Shown here: positions 13,105-25,169 of the stretch, piece by piece | Numbering within the stretch: position 1 is the first letter of the stretch | Layout of the letters: the number at the start of each line of letters is the position of its first letter | DNA from: Eledone cirrhosa | Lineage: Eukaryota | Assembly: GCA_964016885.1 (NCBI GenBank) | Contig: OZ024747.1 | Coordinates: forward strand, 6,138,001 to 6,202,000 | Direction: 5' to 3' | Length of the DNA: 64,000 bases | Program-made: the position numbers and the translations under genes | The notes under the pieces: model-generated | Seen by the model: only the letters and a program-made list of their open reading frames with translations | Told to the model about the DNA's origin: nothing | The model's database searches: none

Positions 13105-15853
13105 TGATGGCTTCCCCCTCGTTATCGAGTATGGCCATTGCACAAGAAAAAAACAACCCATAATAATAACAACAATAATGACAACAACAATAATAATAAT
13201 ATACATATATATATACACACGCACACACATAAACATATCTACACACACACATAAACATATCTACACACACACACGATAGCAATTAACAGCGCTGCGATCG
13301 AATGTGGCTTTTTAGCCCAGCCAATGATCTAAAATGCCTTGCACAGAGTTGGCACCCAAAACATTCACTGGGAATAGCCGGCTGTGGTTGGAGTTCATGT
13401 ACTTTTGCATGTCGTTTGAGCCCTCCTGCTGATTTACATTCTCTACCACATGCTTGGCAAGCATGAGTAGCTTCTCCAACAGCAGCCTGGTAGTCAACCA
13501 CTGGTCTTGCTTTATGACTGCGAAGATGACTTTCGAGTCCAGCTTTGCTTAGGCAGTCTCGCACAGACGCTGCATGTCGGCGCCATAGGAGGACCTTCGC
13601 CGTCTGGAAATGCAACAACAATGCCCTTCCTCATATCCTGCTTTACTTTCTCGTATGCGATTTGAGATGCCTCAAAGGCAACTTTCGCCTCATATACAGT
13701 CTTTCTTCATTTATTACGATCAGCAGCAACATTTTCCCATGTATCAGCAGAGATGTTAGCGTCTTTCAAAGAATCCTTATACCTCTTTTTTGGTTTATGT
13801 GGCGGTCGTTTTCCTTTAACTAACTCTCCATAAAAGAGTTGTTTTGGTATTCTAGAATCCTTCATCTCGGCAAGGTGACCACTCCAACGGAGTCGTTGTT
13901 TAAGCACAAGAGCTTCTATACTGTCACAGAGCGCTTTCCAAAATCTCGACATCACTGATGTGGTCCCTCCAGTGAACGCCATGGATCCGTCTGAGACGCA
14001 TCTGATGGAAACGCTCCAATTGCTTAAGGTGGTGTCGATATGTGACCCAGGTCTCGCAGGCATAAAGAAGAGAAGAGAGCACACATGCCTTGTACACCTT
14101 TACCTCTGTCTTCTTGCATATGTCTCGCCAACCCCAGAGTCGCCTTTCTTGCTTTCCGAAAGCATCACTTGCTTTCCTAATCCTGAATGGGATTTCATTG
14201 TCAAGGTTGCTGTATCGATTGACAGTGCTTCCCAGGTAGACAAACTGATCAACCACTCCAAGTCGTTTACCATACACATAGATATTTGGTTCACTGTACT
14301 GCTTACCAGGGCAGGTTGGTACATGACGACGGTTTTCTTGAGACTGACAGTCAATCCTAGGTCAGTGCAAGCATCAGAAAATGCATTCAAAATGTGCTGC
14401 ATATCACTCTCTGTGTGCACTACAAGATCGCAATCATCTGCATACAAGAGGTCTCTTATGATTGATGTAAATACTTTTGTTTTTGCAGCAAAGCGCCTGA
14501 TATTAAATATGCTGCCTGAGGTTCGATATCGGATGTAAACACCATGCTCGCAATTTCTGAATGCAATATAGAAAAACCTTGCAAAGTATATGGCAAACAG
14601 GGTCGGTGCTGGAATATCCCCCTGTTTCACTCCATTTTTTACTGAGATAGGCTCCGACATGTTATCCCCGACATTAACCCAAGCCTTCATGTCGTCATGG
14701 AAAGACCTAACTAAAGCAAGGAACTTATCAGGGCAACCAAGTTTCTGGAGAACCTTCCATAATGCATTTCTGTTAACAGTATCGAAAGCTTTTGTCAGAA
14801 CGACAAAAACCTGATACAGATCCAAACCTTGTTCCATGCACTTCTCCTGGAGCCGTCTAGCTGAGAAGATCATATCAGTAGTGCTGCGTCCAGTACGAAA
14901 ACCAGATTGACTTTCAGGTAGAACACAATCTGCAATGTGTGTCAGCAAACGGTCTAGAAGCACCCTACATAAAACTTTCCCTATGTCAGAAAGCAATGAT
15001 ATACCTCTGTAGTTCCCACAATCATTCCTGTTACCCTTTCCCTTGTACAAGACCACCATTACTGCATCTCTCCAGTCCCCAGGTACAGATTCATTAGCGC
15101 ATATCCTGCCAAACAAAGAGTGAAAATGTTGCAGGAGTCTCTCACCACCATATTGTAGGAGCTCTGCATGTATGCCATCCATACCTGGAGAACTTCCACT
15201 GTTCAGCTTTGAGATAGCCACTGCAACCTCCACAAGCATCGGAGGTTCTGCGAGAGCTACTTTCACAGGACTTTCTGGAATGAGATTGAGGAAATCTTCA
15301 TTGACGACAGATGGCTGATTCAAAAGCTCTCGCCACCTTCGTAGAATTCCTTGTGAGTCACAAAGAAGTTCTTTACCATCCTTGCTGCGAAGCGGTGTCA
15401 TCAGAGAAGAAAACGGTCCATAAACTTCACGCAAGAGACTGTACAACAGCTTTGTGTTATTGGAATCTGACGCAGTTGTATCTCATCAGCCTTCTCACTC
15501 CACCACTGATCCTTCATCTGAGAAAGACTCCGCCTAACACGTGATTTCACATCCTTGAGTTCCTTATGCAACATATTCTTCTCCTGTGGTTTTGCCGTCA
15601 AGTAGCGTGACAGAGCACGCCTCTTATCAGCCAACAAGTCTTCTATATGTATATCATTCTCATTAAACCAGTCCTGATGTTTTCTCTGCACCAATCCCAG
15701 AACACGCCTGCCTACATCATAAACCAACTTTTTAAGGGTCGGCCAATCCTCACCAAGATCTACAACCTGCATCTCTTCTCGCAATGTCCTCTTCACATTT
15801 TTATCCCTAAGACGAGCAGCATTCAATTTTCCCATGTTACTTCCTCTTATCAC
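13105..15853 (-). mobile_element. RTE/BovB-like LINE, 5'-truncated and frameshifted; RT plus C-terminal C2H2 zinc fingers
   Basis: ORF 14100-15446 has RT motifs NYRGISLL, QSGFR, TKAFDTV, GVKQG, LLYADD. Downstream frames give FVYLGS, LLYACETW, RLRWSGH, RIPKQLFYGEL. C2H2 fingers at 13283-13600. Terminal hairpin CTCG-ATAA-CGAG at 13118-13129. No APE domain seen. Confidence 0.93.
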
Positions 15854-16559
15854 TTTTTACTTTGTTTATCTTTTATTTCTAACTCTATCATCTGATGAAG
15901 GACTTGTGCAAGTCTTTTTACTATAGCCTCAATCTAACCATTGTCTTGGGAAGGAAATTCCTAGGTGCAACCAGTATGAAGCCTGTTATTTTATGTAGGT
16001 GCATGTATGTCTGTGCAAGTGTGTGTGTGTATCTACTTGTAGGTGTGTGTGTGTATGTCTATATGTGTGAGTGACAATGTGTGTGCATGTCTGTGTGTCT
16101 GAGCTATTATTTTGAAGTTTTGTATTGTTGATCTTGCCACATTCTCAACTAGTTACCATGGCAACTCTGTCTGTTTGTCTCCCCCTTTTTTCTGACAGTG
16201 ATGATGTAAAGCTAATTAACTCAACTGCCCCAACCCCACAGTGTATTGTCATCCTCTCTTACCATGACCATCATCATCACAACCATCATCACCACAACCA
16301 TCACCAACACTATCACCATCACAACTATTATCATCACCATCATCATCATTACCGTAATCATCACGAAAACCCATCATCACCACAATCAGCATCATCACTA
16401 TCACCACCACAATTGCCATCATCATCGTCATTGTCAATTCCACTTGTTTATACCATTACTCCCCCTCCCTACCATCTGATGTTTCCCCCATCATACTTTT
16501 GTCCTCTTTCCTCACTCAATCTGGTTCTAAGGACATACTTCTCTCTCTCTCTTTCCCCC

Positions 16560-16629
<70 letters not shown>

Positions 16630-16825
16630 TTACTCTCATGATGTCACAGAATAGTGAGGACTCTTTAAACTTAGAGCACAAGGTAACCCCCTCACCCCAT
16701 TAGTCTTGGTCCCACAATCAAATACACTCTGTAAAGTGGTTGGTGATATAGCAGAAACAGCATACAGACTCTTTAGTATGTGTGAGCACATAATAACCTC
16801 TGTATTGCTGGTCCCATAATAACAT

Positions 16826-16990
16826 ACACCCAGTCCACTCTGTAAAGTGGTAGTGCTGGTTCCATAGTAAAATACACCCAGTTCACTCTGTAAAGTGGTA
16901 GTGCTGGTTCCATAGTAAAATACACCCAGTTCACTCTGTAAAGTGGTAGTGCTGGTTCCACAGTAAAATACACCCAGTCCACTCTGTAAA
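16826..16990 (-). repeat. 48-bp tandem repeat (~3.5 copies) inside a SINE-like element
   Basis: Unit cagtccactctgtaaagtggtagtgctggttccatagtaaaatacacc, contiguous with the SINE body ending catactagcatggaaa. Confidence 0.88.
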
Positions 16991-17884
16991 CTGGTTGGTG
17001 TTAGGAAAGACATCCGGACAGTAAGAGTAAGATGTGGTCCTGCCAGCTGTTTTCAAAGACAGTAACTGTGAATAACTGATTATGAACATGAGGACCTGTC
17101 CAACCCATACTAGCATGGAAAGTCATGTATAATGAGGATGATGATCATTCTAACCATCACCATCATCATTATCATCATCACCACCACCATTATCACCATC
17201 ACCACCACCATTATCACCATCATCATCACTTTGATCTAACATTTAATCTGGTATCCTTCACACACATACACACACACCTGGTATCCTTCGCACACACGCA
17301 TACATCTGGTGTCCTTCGCACACACACACACATACATCTGGTGTCCTTTGCACATATGCACAATCAGGCGTCCTTCACCCCCTGCCCCCCTCCTCACACA
17401 CACTTGCACCCCCCAGTGTTCTATGATACAGTTTTAACATTTGCATATTGACATGTTGTTACTGTTGCTGTTATTGTTGTTATTGTTGTTTGTATTTTGA
17501 TGCTGACATTTCCACAGATCTGATCTGTTGAGATTGCTCTGGTTCTCTATCTTGATCTTGATGTTGTTGGTGTTGATGTTGTTGTTAATGATGTTTATGT
17601 TGTTGTTGTTGTTGTTATTGTTAATGGTGTTGTTTATCTTGATGTTAATGTTGTTGGAGTTGCTAATGATGTTATTTATCTTGTTGATACTGATTTTGTT
17701 GTTGTTGTTTGTATATTTTGTAAAGTGCCAACAGATATTTCTAACTGTACAATATGCACTGGGTGGGTACATTGAAAGAGTAGGGGTGTGAAGGAATTAT
17801 TATTAAATGGGGCAGCTACATTAAAGTGTGTAGGTGGAGGGGGACGAGCTGCAGATGGAGAGGAGGAGAGTTAGCTAGTTCTTA

Positions 17885-18060
17885 GGAATGGTGTAAAGAT
17901 GGAAGGTGTGAAAACATTTTGTTGCCTTGGAGACATGTTGAATGGAGAAGGTGGATCGGGCTTGGCAACAGTATCTAGACTGACTGAGATGTGCAAGGAA
18001 GAAGTTCTGGGAAGTGAGTGGTGTCCTACTGAGAAGAAGGGTGCCATTAAAACTGATGGT
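17885..18060 (+). mobile_element. RTE LINE remnant
   Basis: EGVKTFCCLGDMLNGEGGSGLATVSR resembles the post-RT FCYLGDML..GG..AV..R segment. Confidence 0.6.
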
Positions 18061-18107
18061 CAGTTGATTTTCACCAATTTCTAATGAGGTGCTAAAATAT
18101 TTTCGCT

Positions 18108-18278
18108 TTGGGAGTGAATATTACACCAGTTTTACTTTGGGGGTGAATATTACACCAGTTTTACTTTGGGGGTGAATATTACACCAGTTTTACTTTGGGG
18201 GTGAATATTACACCAGTTTTACTTTGGGGGTGAATATTACACCAGTTTTACTTTGGGGGTGAATATTACACCAGTTTT
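18108..18278. repeat. 29-bp tandem repeat, ~6 copies
   Basis: Unit gggggtgaatattacaccagttttacttt. Confidence 0.9.
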
Positions 18279-18554
18279 GGTTGTCTTATTTGGGCCAGTC
18301 ACCAATCTGGTCCTTTCTCAAACCTGTGAAGACTAAGCTTTTTTAAAGGCAGCCTTAACTCACCTCATCATAGCTACATCACTGATGTGAGAGTTTCCTT
18401 TGGAGCTACATTATTCCATCTCACACAGTATTTTCCTGCTGTTGCTTATTCGTCCTGCAGCTTCCTGCTTATATCGCAACTAACCATCATAACTGGTGGC
18501 TGTATTGCTATCTGCCACCTATGACCCGTTCTCTAGCAGAACAGTTCAGCCAAG

Positions 18555-18775
18555 TAAGAATCACTGGACAGATTTTATGGGTAAAACCAACCGACAGGAC
18601 ACCCAGGGGTAGACACTGAATAACATGGTTCAACAACATCCATGAGTTTGGCTTGTCTCTCTTGGAGATCCAGCCAGATCAGTTTGCTTCTGAAGGGACC
18701 CACTGGAAAGAGTGTTTGAGGACTCTGCCCCCACGACCTTCTCAGGAATAAGTGGGTAAAGAAGAAAGAGGAAGG
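18555..18775 (+). mobile_element. Second copy of the Expander/Rex3-like LINE 3' end, opposite orientation to 9670-9950
   Basis: aagaatcactggacagatttt..aaaccaacc..cccaggggtag..gagtgtttgaggactctgccccc..caggaataagtggg is homologous to the reverse complement of 9670-9955. Confidence 0.85.
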
Positions 18776-19256
18776 GGAAGTCTAAGAAAGACATGGATAA
18801 AGATTATTGAGGGGGAAATGAAAGCCAGAGGGTTGTTGAGTGGGGAATGCAATGGATAGGGCAAAATGGAGAAACTTGTCATATCGGGTCTGCAAGGCTA
18901 GCCCCTATTTTAGCGGAGTAGATGGCCGTAACTTGTTGTGAATACATGTTATGTATATTTGTGTATATACACACACGCAGGTATGTTTATGTGTATGTAT
19001 GCATATGTGAATATATCCATGTGTGCATTTTGTTAATGTATGTGTATACATTTGTACACTCACACACATGAATATACATAGATAAATAAATATATATATA
19101 TATAGATATAGATATCATTATCATAATGTTTACATCAGTTTTTCCACGCCTACGGCATCTCTCCATCTGTCGTGATACTTTGTCTTTTCCTCTGTGGGTC
19201 TCAGTAATTTTAGGTCAGCTCTCTCACAACCTTTTCCCAGTGTGTGTGTGTGTGTG

Positions 19257-19362
<106 letters not shown>

Positions 19363-19981
19363 CATAAATACTCACATACACACACACAGCCACCTCTACA
19401 AAGAGGAGCTTGACTGAACCATCAAGTTTCACCTGTCTAGAGACTGATCTATTATATCTGGAGACAGGTGAAACAAGTTACAGTCAAGTCTTTTATATTA
19501 TAGATTTCGCTTTATCTTTAGTATTGAGTCCTCTCATCATTAAATCTGTTTTTATTGATTTATTGGCAATACCTAATATTTTCATCATCATTTTTATGTC
19601 TGCTTTTCTATATTTGCCTGGGTTGGACAACTTCCCTTTACTTGTTGTGTTCCTTTGTCATCTCATCTGTAAGGATCAACATTTTATGATCAGGTCTCAC
19701 TATCTCTACCCAGGTCTTCTACAGTCTTCCTCTACTGCAACTTTCCTCCTCCTCCTGTTACATCCCTTTGTCATCTCCCTATTATCATATTTACATTGAC
19801 ATTTTCCATGCTAGCATGGGTTGTACAACACGTTTCTGAGGCAGCATTCTATGGCTGGGTGTCCTTCTTGATGATGACTCATAATATTATTTATTTTTTT
19901 AATTTCAAGTAAGGACTTCTGTTTATGCAAGACGCAAACAAACTTCACCACCTGTTGTGTCAAATATGAAGTGAAGAAATG

Positions 19982-20032
<51 letters not shown>

Positions 20033-20169
20033 ACACCCACACCCACACCCACACACACACTTGTTACATTAAGATTGCTATCAAACCTACAATGTTGTTG
20101 TACCAAACATTCCATAGATGATGCTGTGTGTGTATCATAGAGGTATATATGAAAACACAATATGTTTAT

Positions 20170-20560
20170 GTATAATGGGCATTACGTGCAGAAGACCTGT
20201 GCAGACTGGAAAGGAACGAAGCGTGCATGCTCCGTTGGATGTGTAATAGTAATATACGTGAACGGCAAAGCATAAATGAACTAAGTGAGAAATTAGTAAT
20301 AAGCGGGATCAGATGCTGTTTACTTGACAAAAGACTATGTTAGTATGGCCACGTGATGCGCATGAAAGACAACTGTATAAAAAAAGTGGAGGGTGATTAA
20401 AATGGATGGTAGTTACGGAGTAGGTAGACCCAGAAAAACCTGGGACGATCTGATAAATTCCGACCTTACACACTTGCACCTCTCTAAGACAATGTCACTG
20501 GACTGAGATCTTTGGCGCTACACAGTAATACAGAAGACCCGCCTTGCCTGTGTACAAAGT
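20170..20560 (+). mobile_element. RTE LINE 3' remnant
   Basis: WALRAEDLCRLERNEACMLRWMCN..YGHVMRM..GVGRPRKTWDDLI, with stops and frameshifts. Confidence 0.78.
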
Positions 20561-21050
20561 GAAACCTACAGTCAGTAGGCACCTCTTAACCAAATATACA
20601 CCCCAATCCACTACCCCTACTCTATCCTCCCACTCCCACCAACACCACCCTCTCTCTGTAAAGTTGCTACCACAACATCCAGTCCAAATAAATGAGATAA
20701 TTAGATCGAGACTGTGTAGGTGTCACGACAAAAAAAAACACACAGTCCACGCTGTAATGTGGTCGTGTAGGTAACATGGTAAAAAGTTCCCAGTTCCATA
20801 TTGTAAATGTGGTTGGTGCTAGGAAGGGCATCCAGCTGTAGAAAACCTGCCAGATAGTCCTATATGAGCGAGACACGGTCACCTGACCAACCTTGACTCA
20901 AGTGGGACAACTCCCGTCTAACCCATGCTAGTGTGGAAGATAGACATTAAACGGTGATGATGATGATGAAACATACAAGAGTCTGTTATACATAAACATA
21001 TTATGTTTTCATATATACCTCTATGAACCACGCTATGTTAGTGCTACTTC

Positions 21051-21086
<36 letters not shown>

Positions 21087-21181
21087 TACACACACACACA
21101 CACATTATCATCATGTGTGTGTTCTCTATGTATGTGTTGTACATGAATGTTTGAAAATAACATGAAGAGTGATTGTATTTT

Positions 21182-21510
21182 ACAACCACCACAACTACTA
21201 TCACAACCACCACAACTACCATCACAACCACCACAACTACTATCACAACCACCACAACTACCATCACAACCACCACAACTACCATCACAACCACCACAAC
21301 TACTATCACAACCACCACAACTACTATCACAACCACCACAACTACCATCACAACCACCACAACTACCATCACAACCACCACAACTACCATCACAACCACC
21401 ACAACTACCATCACAACCACCACAACTACCATCACAACCACCACAACTACTATCACAACCACCACAACTACTATCACAACCACCACAACTACCGTCACCA
21501 CAACTACCAC
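21182..21510. repeat. 21-bp ACC/ACT-derived minisatellite
   Basis: Unit acaaccaccacaactaccatc. Confidence 0.9.
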
Positions 21511-21675
21511 CAACACTGTCACAATAACTGACTGTTTCACCTCCACCACTGCTACCATCACAACCACCACTGCCATCGTGTACCACCTTTTGCAACAGAG
21601 TAGATTCTGTGATGGTCAGCCCATATGAGATGGGGGTCCTGTTAAACTGGGTGAGGGGATTAGGTCTAGTACACC

Positions 21676-21715
<40 letters not shown>

Positions 21716-23234
21716 TACATGCATGGCTGGACACACACACACACACACACGCATGCATGCATGACTAGACACACACATACACATGCATGGTTGGACACAC
21801 ACATGCATGCATGGCTGGACACACATACATACTCATGCTTGGGTCGACATGCACACACACACACACACACACACACAAGCAAGCATGCATCACATTGCTT
21901 GAAATGTATATAATGGGTATATAATAGGTATATAATGGTCTGTGTGACTAATCAGTGTATACATATTTCTACCTTGACCTATCTCAGCATGTAGCTGTGT
22001 AGTTAAAGTGTTTGACTAATAATCTTAAGATTATAGCTTTGATCCTTTGATTGACTGATGTGGTGTGTTCTTCAGCAAGACACTTTACTCCATGTTTCTC
22101 CTGCCAGGAATTGTGACTAACATATCAGCAATGGAAAGACCTATGGAAACATTGTTTCCTTGGTCCAATCTGATGAGTGCCCCTTTTCCTTGAGATATAT
22201 AACCCTTTCAATATCAAACCATTTGAAACCTTCCTTCATCATTTTACGTTAAGTTATGCTCCAAACACCAGCTTAATAATGAAGTTAATTATATTACTAA
22301 ATTTCTTTAAATTCTTGATTATTTACAAAAACAATTTGAAAATTTTATTCAGTGTCTTTTATTAGAAATGTAGTAACAGGGTAATTAGTGATTATAAATT
22401 GTTCCTAAATTAAATTAAAATAAATAATTGGTTTACCATGAGAAAGAGGGATACGATTTAAGTTTTTGTCTGAATATTTCATTAAAGAATCTTAGCTCCT
22501 GTTGTATAGATGAGTCAGTTGTTGGCGCCACTTCTTCTCTGTCTCACATGCCATACCAAATACCATTATTGCTAAATATAATTACCACATGTCTAATTAT
22601 ATTTGATAATTAACTTCGGAAATTGAAATTATCTCATGTCTTAGTCTCAATCATTACTCCAGGTATGATGGTATTTTTTCTATGTTGTACTTAAACTTGT
22701 GTAAAAGAAATAATAATAATAATGGTTTCTGATTTAGGCACAAGGCCAGCAATCTGGGGGGGGGGATTAAACTGACCTCGGCGTATTACTGGTACTTACT
22801 GGGGTCAGTTTAATAATAATAATGGTTTCTTTATTAGCCACACAGGGCTGACTAATAACAATAATGATGATTTCTTTTATTGACCATTAGGGACCAGGAC
22901 ATTTGGGATAATACAAAGGCAACACAACACATTGTTTTTATTACTGTTGTTGTTAATATTTCATGATGGTACTTTATATATTTTAACCCAATTATATCAC
23001 TGGTACTTTAATTTATCAACTCCTGAAGCATAAATAGCAAAGTTGACCTTGGTGGTGTTTGAAATCAAAATGATTTTGCCAAATCAATAAAGTGTCAGAC
23101 ATTGTGATAGATTGAATATTGGTACCAAACCATCTAAAACTACCCTTGCTTCTCATATACAAAACTGTTTATATTTATCTAAAAACCTTTCATTGTAATT
23201 TCATGTAAGAACCTTTGTTATGTTATGTTCCAAA

Positions 23235-23267
<33 letters not shown>

Positions 23268-23268
<1 letters not shown>

Positions 23269-24602
23269 TAGCTGGCGCCTGGCTAGGTATACCAGCATTT
23301 TATCTTTTCAGGAATCCCCCCTACACTCTAGTGCAAAGATACCGCACGCCCTCTCAAGTCAGCGAGGAGGAGTGTGGGGGTTGATGTGCTCTGATGTTGG
23401 GTTTAAATAGTTTTTAGGATTCCCCAGTTCAGCAGCCAGTACGTTAAAGAAAATTGATAGTTACAACAATAAAGGCTGAACAGAGAACAAATTTTTTAAC
23501 AAACAATAATTTGTACAACCATAATGGAAATTCCAAGTAACAGAAAATATTTAAATTACATTGTTAGAGCCTCAGAGTATACAATATTTTTTGTTCGGCG
23601 CTCCGGAGCAAAGATGAAGAGATTGTTTGGCGAGCTCACCCTTGAGCATCCTACATACAATTGACCATGGGAGAATCACTGATTTTGTTGCTCATCTCGC
23701 GGAGAAGCTCTGTAGATGTTGACCTCTGGACACTCCTGTCAGGAGCAGGTAAGCTGTAGTGACTTAGAGGCCTACCACCAATCTCCAGGACACTGTTTTC
23801 AAGACAAATGAGCGCCTCATTGAAAACGACATCGTATGTTATGTTCGGATTGTGTCTGTGTGTGTGGTGGAGGATGTCCTCAGCTAGACTTTCGCAGTGG
23901 TTGTTCCACATTGCGAGAGGGTCGGCGAGATTGCAGTTGGGCAGCATAATAGCAAAAAGTTTTCGCAGCTGAGAAGGGAATTTAGCAGTTGCTGCTTCTT
24001 GCAGGGTGAGGTGCCAATGGCTGTCATCGTGTAACATACCACGCATCTGGCAAGCCAAATAAGTAGAACATTGATGGCCATTGGTGGTTCTCGTGGTCCC
24101 CGAACAGTAGCAATGGCGATAAGCCGTCTGTGCTTTCGTGAAATAAATAGCTTTTTGTTTTTGTGTACGCAAAAATATCTGTACACAAATATATATATTA
24201 AAATAACAGATTAAAATTTAAGCAAAGAATCGCTGCTTTCACCCTTAACGGGATCTGAAACTAAAAAAAATCAGTCTGTGAACGCAGAAGTAAATATTTC
24301 GAAAAACTTTATCTAATGCAGACATACAGCTATGTATCTATCTAAAAAGACAGACTAAGAAAAAGAGGGGAATGTTGTGCGACGTCTTAAGAAAAGGTTA
24401 GGAATGACGTATAACTGGAAGTGTTGACATTTGAAATTTTAAAGAAGTGAATATTTAATCTTTTAACAAAATTCAGTAGACAAAAAAACCCTCACTTTTT
24501 TATTTGGAAAAAGTTACGTCTATGGTGCAAATTTGGTGCTGTTTGGTCGAGCTGTTTGGCAAAAAGTTTACCTACATACAGCTGTCAGCTTTATAGTATA
24601 GA
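23268..24602 (-). mobile_element. Non-autonomous Helitron with both termini
   Basis: Minus strand A|TCTATACTATAAAG 5' end and CAGCTAG|T 3' end, in TA context. RepHel linker fragment (AC..RGML.DD.HW..TL.EAA..P.QLR.LFA) and helicase end GQLYVGCSRV..TKNIVYSEAL. Confidence 0.9.
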
Positions 24603-24884
24603 TATATATATACACATATTGACAGTATATATTTATACACCTATATAAGTTATCTCTCTCTCTCTTTCTCCTACCCCCCTCTCCTTCTACCCTCCCCTCT
24701 CCTTCTACCCTCCCCTCTCCTTCTACCCTCCCCTCTCCTTCTACCCTCCCCTCTCCTTCTACCCTCCCCTCTCCTTCTACCCTCTCTCTCTCTCTACCAT
24801 CTCTCTCTCTCTCTCTCCTTCTCCCCCCCTCTCTCCCTCTCTCTCCCCCCTCACTAATATGTCTGTCCACTCTCTACATTGCAG

Positions 24885-24963
24885 TTGTTTCCTGTCATTG
24901 CTACTAATTGCAGCAATATTCTGGAAAATCAAACAAAAGTATGATGTCTACAGGAGACGACAG
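24885..24963 (+). CDS. ATRN: Attractin-like, internal exon (end of transmembrane helix and juxtamembrane region)
   Basis: ttgcag| acceptor, CAG|gtaagt donor. Encodes (S)CFLSLLLIAAIFWKIKQKYDVYRRRQ, matching vertebrate attractin CFLSLLLVAAVVWKIKQ..RRR. Starts phase 2, ends phase 0. Confidence 0.93.
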
Positions 24964-25169
24964 GTAAGTCCTGGGGCAGGTGTGGTCATTGTCATCACCA
25001 CCATTGTTATCACCTTCATTGTCATCATTACCATTGTCAGCACCACCACCATCACCACCATACCCCATGACATAAATACTAGACCACCTTAAAATTCAGT
25101 GAATTATTTCCTACTACAGGTTCAGTAGGGTCTTTTATATTTATAGGGGGAAATGTTTAGTTGAAATCA

